Below are positions 60,804 through 64,000 of a stretch of 64,000 nt of DNA, in pieces (positions within the stretch are counted from its first letter, which is position 1; every line of letters begins with the position of its first letter). The position numbers were made by a program, and so were the translations under genes. This DNA comes from Nitrospira sp. (GTDB taxonomy: Bacteria > Nitrospirota > Nitrospiria > Nitrospirales > Nitrospiraceae): the NCBI GenBank assembly GCA_047150005.1, contig AP038806.1, positions 1 through 64,000 on the forward strand, given 5' to 3'. The notes under the pieces were generated by a model. That model made no database searches. It saw nothing but the letters and a program-made list of their open reading frames with translations, and was not told the origin of the DNA.

Positions 60804-62264
60804 ATGCAAAAGACCCGCATTATCTGCACGATCGGCCCGGCCACAGAATCCTACGAGATGTTGCAGAAGATGCACGAGGCCGGGATGACGATCGCGCGAC
60901 TGAACATGTCCCATGGCGACCACGACTTCCACGCCAAGGTCATTCAGCACATCAAGACACTCAACAAGAAGGTCAAGTTTCCCATCCCCATCCTCCTCGA
61001 TACACAAGGCCCGGCAATCCGCACCGGGAACCTCTCCAACGAGCTTGATCTGCGGCAGGGCGCCATCGTATCCGTCACCACGCGCGGGCAGATGGACGTT
61101 GAAGAGAGCTCCATCCATATCGACTACGAGGACTTGCTTGAGCAGGTCAACGTCGGGGACAAGATCACCGTGGATAACGGGCTGATCAATTTGGAGGTGT
61201 TGGAGAAGCAAGAGCGCGTGATGCGGTGCCGCGTCTTGGACGGTGGACTCTTGAAGAGCAAGCGCCACGTCAACCTCCCGGGTATCCGTGTCAATCTGCC
61301 GGCGATCACCCAAAAGGACACCAAGGATATCCTGTTCGGTCTGGAACGGGATGTGGACTTCATCGCGCTGTCTTTCGTCCGTGAAGCCGCGGATATTCAG
61401 CAACTCAAGGCACTCATGGGTGAAAAGGTCGGGCGGGTGAAGATTATCGCAAAGATCGAGGACCAGGAAGGCGTTCGAAACCTGGAAGAGATCATCAAGG
61501 AATCGGACGGCATCATGGTCGCGCGGGGAGATCTGGGGGTGGAGATCAACATCGAGGATCTCCCGAACGTTCAGCGCAGAATCGTCCAACTCTGTGCCGA
61601 GCATGGAAAGCGGGTGATCGTCGCAACCCATCTGCTCGAATCCATGATTCACAATCCGCACCCCACCCGCGCCGAGGTCACCGACGTCGCCAACGCGATC
61701 TATGAAGAAGTCGACGCCGTCATGCTGTCCGGGGAAACCACGGTCGGGAAGTATCCGGAGAAGTGTGTCGAATACCTACGCAAGATCGCGCTGAAATCCG
61801 AGACGATACCCGGACTGCGGTTCGCGAAACAATTGCGCGATGCGGGCAATAAACAACAACTGGCGGCGGCGGCCGTTCAGCTCGCCGAGGGAGTCAACGC
61901 CAAGGGAATCGTCGTGATCACCAGACGTGGACTCATGGCCGATCTCGTTGCAAACTGCCGTCCCTTCAGTACCGACATCTACGCCTTTACCAACATGAGC
62001 CAACCGCGACGGACCATGATGCTCAACCGTGGTGTCTTTCCTTTCAAGATCGATTTCAGTTCGGACCCTGAAAAGACACTGCAGACGGCGTTCCGGATCT
62101 TGAAGGACCGAGAACAATTTCAGGCCGGGGACAAGGTCGTGATCATCTCGGACGTCCTGGCTCAGCAACGGGTCGACTCGATTCAGATTCGCGACGTCCC
62201 CTCCGATGACAGTTCATCCGACACAACTCCCGCAACAGGTGCAGTCTCCTCATCGATCGGGTAA
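60804..62264 (+). CDS. pyk: Pyruvate kinase
   Basis: ICTIGPA, RLNMSHG, MVARGDLG, PTRAEVTDVANA, MLSGET. Confidence 0.96.
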   Translation: MQKTRIICTIGPATESYEMLQKMHEAGMTIARLNMSHGDHDFHAKVIQHIKTLNKKVKFPIPILLDTQGPAIRTGNLSNELDLRQGAIVSVTTRGQMDVEESSIHIDYEDLLEQVNVGDKITVDNGLINLEVLEKQERVMRCRVLDGGLLKSKRHVNLPGIRVNLPAITQKDTKDILFGLERDVDFIALSFVREAADIQQLKALMGEKVGRVKIIAKIEDQEGVRNLEEIIKESDGIMVARGDLGVEINIEDLPNVQRRIVQLCAEHGKRVIVATHLLESMIHNPHPTRAEVTDVANAIYEEVDAVMLSGETTVGKYPEKCVEYLRKIALKSETIPGLRFAKQLRDAGNKQQLAAAAVQLAEGVNAKGIVVITRRGLMADLVANCRPFSTDIYAFTNMSQPRRTMMLNRGVFPFKIDFSSDPEKTLQTAFRILKDREQFQAGDKVVIISDVLAQQRVDSIQIRDVPSDDSSSDTTPATGAVSSSIG

Positions 62265-62381
62265 GCCTTCTGACTCACACCCCCCCTTGCCCGGGTTCTG
62301 CGCCACCACCTCGTCACTATCCAGTTCCGCAACTCACATTCTCTAGATCAACAATCGGACCCATGGTAGGCTTCGTCCACG

Positions 62382-63440
62382 ATGCGTAGGCATGACGGCC
62401 GTGTCTTAAATCAACGTGAACCAACGAAAGAGCATCTTCGGCAGCTTTCTCAGCGAATGCCGAAGGCCGAGCTGCATGTGCACATTGAAGGCAGTCTGGA
62501 ACCGGAGATGGCGTTCCGTCTGGCCGATCGCAACGGTGTCCGGCTGAACTATTCGAGTATGGAAACCTTGCGTGCGGCGTATGCCTTCACCAATCTGCAA
62601 GACTTTCTGGATCTTTACTATACCGGCATGACGGTCCTGTTGAAGGAACAGGACTTCTACGATCTCACGTGGGCTTACCTGCTGCGGGCGCATCAGGACA
62701 ACGTGGTGCATGTGGAGATATTCTTTGATCCGCAGGCACATCTCGAGCGCAGGGTTCCGCTTGACGTGCAAATCAGCGGCATTCGCCGTGCGCTGCAGGC
62801 CGGCAAGGAGCGGTTGGGCATCAGCTCCAGGCTGATTCTGTCATTCCTTCGCCATCTGTCTGAAGACAACGCCTTTGAAACGCTGGAGCTGGCCCACCTC
62901 TTTCTGGATCAGCTGGATGGCTTCGGGCTGGATTCCTCGGAGATCGGCCACCCGCCCAAAAAGTTTGCACGCGTGTTCGCCAGGTGCAAGGAGCTAGGCT
63001 ATAAGATCACCGCTCACGCGGGCGAGGAAGGTCCGCCGGACTATGTCCATCAGGCACTGGACCTGCTGCAAGTAGACCGCATCGATCACGGCAACCATTC
63101 GTTGGAGGATGCTGCGCTGGTGCAGCGACTGGTCAATGAAGGCAAAACGATCACCGTCTGCCCGCTCTCCAATCTAAAACTCTGTGTTGTGAGGAACATG
63201 GAACAGCACCCGATTCTGACCATGCTCGAACAGGGTCTCAAAGCGACGGTCAATTCGGATGACCCGGCCTATTTCGGCGGATATGTGAACGACAACTACC
63301 GTGCGCTCATTGAACACCTGCCTCTCACCCGCGAACACCTCTACCGGCTGGCGCGCAATTCCTTCGAAGGCGCCTGGATCAGTGAAGAAGAGAAAACCCG
63401 GCACCTGGATGAACTCGACCGAGCATTCGCGCTGGAATGA
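62382..63440 (+). CDS. add: Adenosine/adenine deaminase
   Basis: PKAELHVHIEG, HAGEE, RIDHG, CPLSN, NSDDPAYF. Confidence 0.92.
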   Translation: MRRHDGRVLNQREPTKEHLRQLSQRMPKAELHVHIEGSLEPEMAFRLADRNGVRLNYSSMETLRAAYAFTNLQDFLDLYYTGMTVLLKEQDFYDLTWAYLLRAHQDNVVHVEIFFDPQAHLERRVPLDVQISGIRRALQAGKERLGISSRLILSFLRHLSEDNAFETLELAHLFLDQLDGFGLDSSEIGHPPKKFARVFARCKELGYKITAHAGEEGPPDYVHQALDLLQVDRIDHGNHSLEDAALVQRLVNEGKTITVCPLSNLKLCVVRNMEQHPILTMLEQGLKATVNSDDPAYFGGYVNDNYRALIEHLPLTREHLYRLARNSFEGAWISEEEKTRHLDELDRAFALE

Positions 63441-63592
63441 AAAGGCGCCGGTAACATTCGCGGCGCGTGGCGGGCCGATTACTTCGTTCCGCTCCCCTGG
63501 CTGTTCACAGGAAACAGCTCTAACCTCTCGTTTCCTATCGTTTCTCTCTCCCTCTTGAATCTCATTCATATCTCGCCTCATAATTTCCGGCC

Positions 63593-64000
63593 ATGATCTC
63601 CCCACCGTTCGATGACTCCACGCCGCTCCAGAATCTTGAAACCGACGAGGCATTGCGGGCGATTCTCCAAGGGACTGCGACCGAAACGGGACATGGATTC
63701 TTCGCCGCGCTGGTGCAAAATCTGTCGAAAGCGCTCGGCACGCATGGAGCCTGGGTTACAGAGTATTTTCCCGAGACCCGCCGTCTTCGCGCCCTCGCGT
63801 TCTGGATGGACGGCCAGTGGGTCAAAGACTATGAAGTGGATATCGCCGGAACACCCTGCGAACGCGTGATTGACACCGCCAAACTGGTGCATTTCCCCGA
63901 CCGCGTTCTGGAGATCTATCCCCGCGAGGATAAACTGAAGGCAGCCGGAGTCGTCAGCTACATGGGCGTCCCGCTCCAAGATCTCGATGGGCATGTTCTC
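63593..64000 (+). CDS. GAF-domain signalling protein, 3'-partial
   Basis: Open to the window end: GTATETG..FFAALV..GTPCERV..SYMGVPL. Confidence 0.75.
   Translation, partial: MISPPFDDSTPLQNLETDEALRAILQGTATETGHGFFAALVQNLSKALGTHGAWVTEYFPETRRLRALAFWMDGQWVKDYEVDIAGTPCERVIDTAKLVHFPDRVLEIYPREDKLKAAGVVSYMGVPLQDLDGHVL

Larger units (their letters stand above)
17035..63476 (+). repeat. Dispersed same-orientation hairpin+tail motif, ~15 copies
   Basis: Consensus ~GAAACGGTGTCAGGAACCATTTCGCGGCGCGTGGCGG at 17035, 17345, 22875, 23705, 27044, 27891, 33895 (weak), 34533, 35710, 35887, 36708, 38101, 40718, 59438 (diverged), 63440. Confidence 0.8.

Noticed and set aside
60606..61661. 351-aa minus-strand ORF
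   Set aside because: Antisense to pyruvate kinase.
17035..63476. Dispersed motif as a CRISPR array or integron attC sites
   Set aside because: Spacing is gene-sized and irregular, no cas or intI gene is in the window, and I saw no RYYYAAC/GTTRRRY boxes.
1..64000. rRNA, complete tRNA or riboswitch
   Set aside because: None recognisable by eye; a covariance-model scan would be needed to exclude them.

Overview
Bacterial chromosomal window. Gene content and intergenic repeats suggest Nitrospira or a relative (inference). Bases ~230-13,200 are GC-rich and core-like: HNH nuclease, Rieske and 2Fe-2S ferredoxins, moaB, CBS, MDR, PhzF-like and 2OG-Fe(II) oxygenase genes, plus three radical SAM genes that are probably all cobalamin-dependent. 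From ~13,300 to the end is a mosaic accessory region. It holds six complete IS elements (four IS3-family, two IS481), IS30/IS110/IS3 fragments, one intact and two decayed REP-associated tyrosine (Y1/HUH) transposases (RAYT), pseudogenes and many unrelated single genes. The strongest unexplained signal is a short hairpin (stem GAAAnn/nnTTTC, loop with G[A/T]CAGG), often followed by a GCGGCGCGTGGCGG tail. A tail-less form flanks the RAYT as a perfect 20-bp inverted repeat. About 15 tailed copies recur in one orientation, typically 0-35 bp after the stop codon of unrelated genes, like an integron-style cassette array without attC sites or an integrase. Other candidates: a hydrolase/unknown/S8-protease cluster near a membrane cPLA2/patatin gene, a lipase-CHAT fusion, and a HEPN-motif orphan. 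All family calls come from motif recognition by eye; no searches were run.
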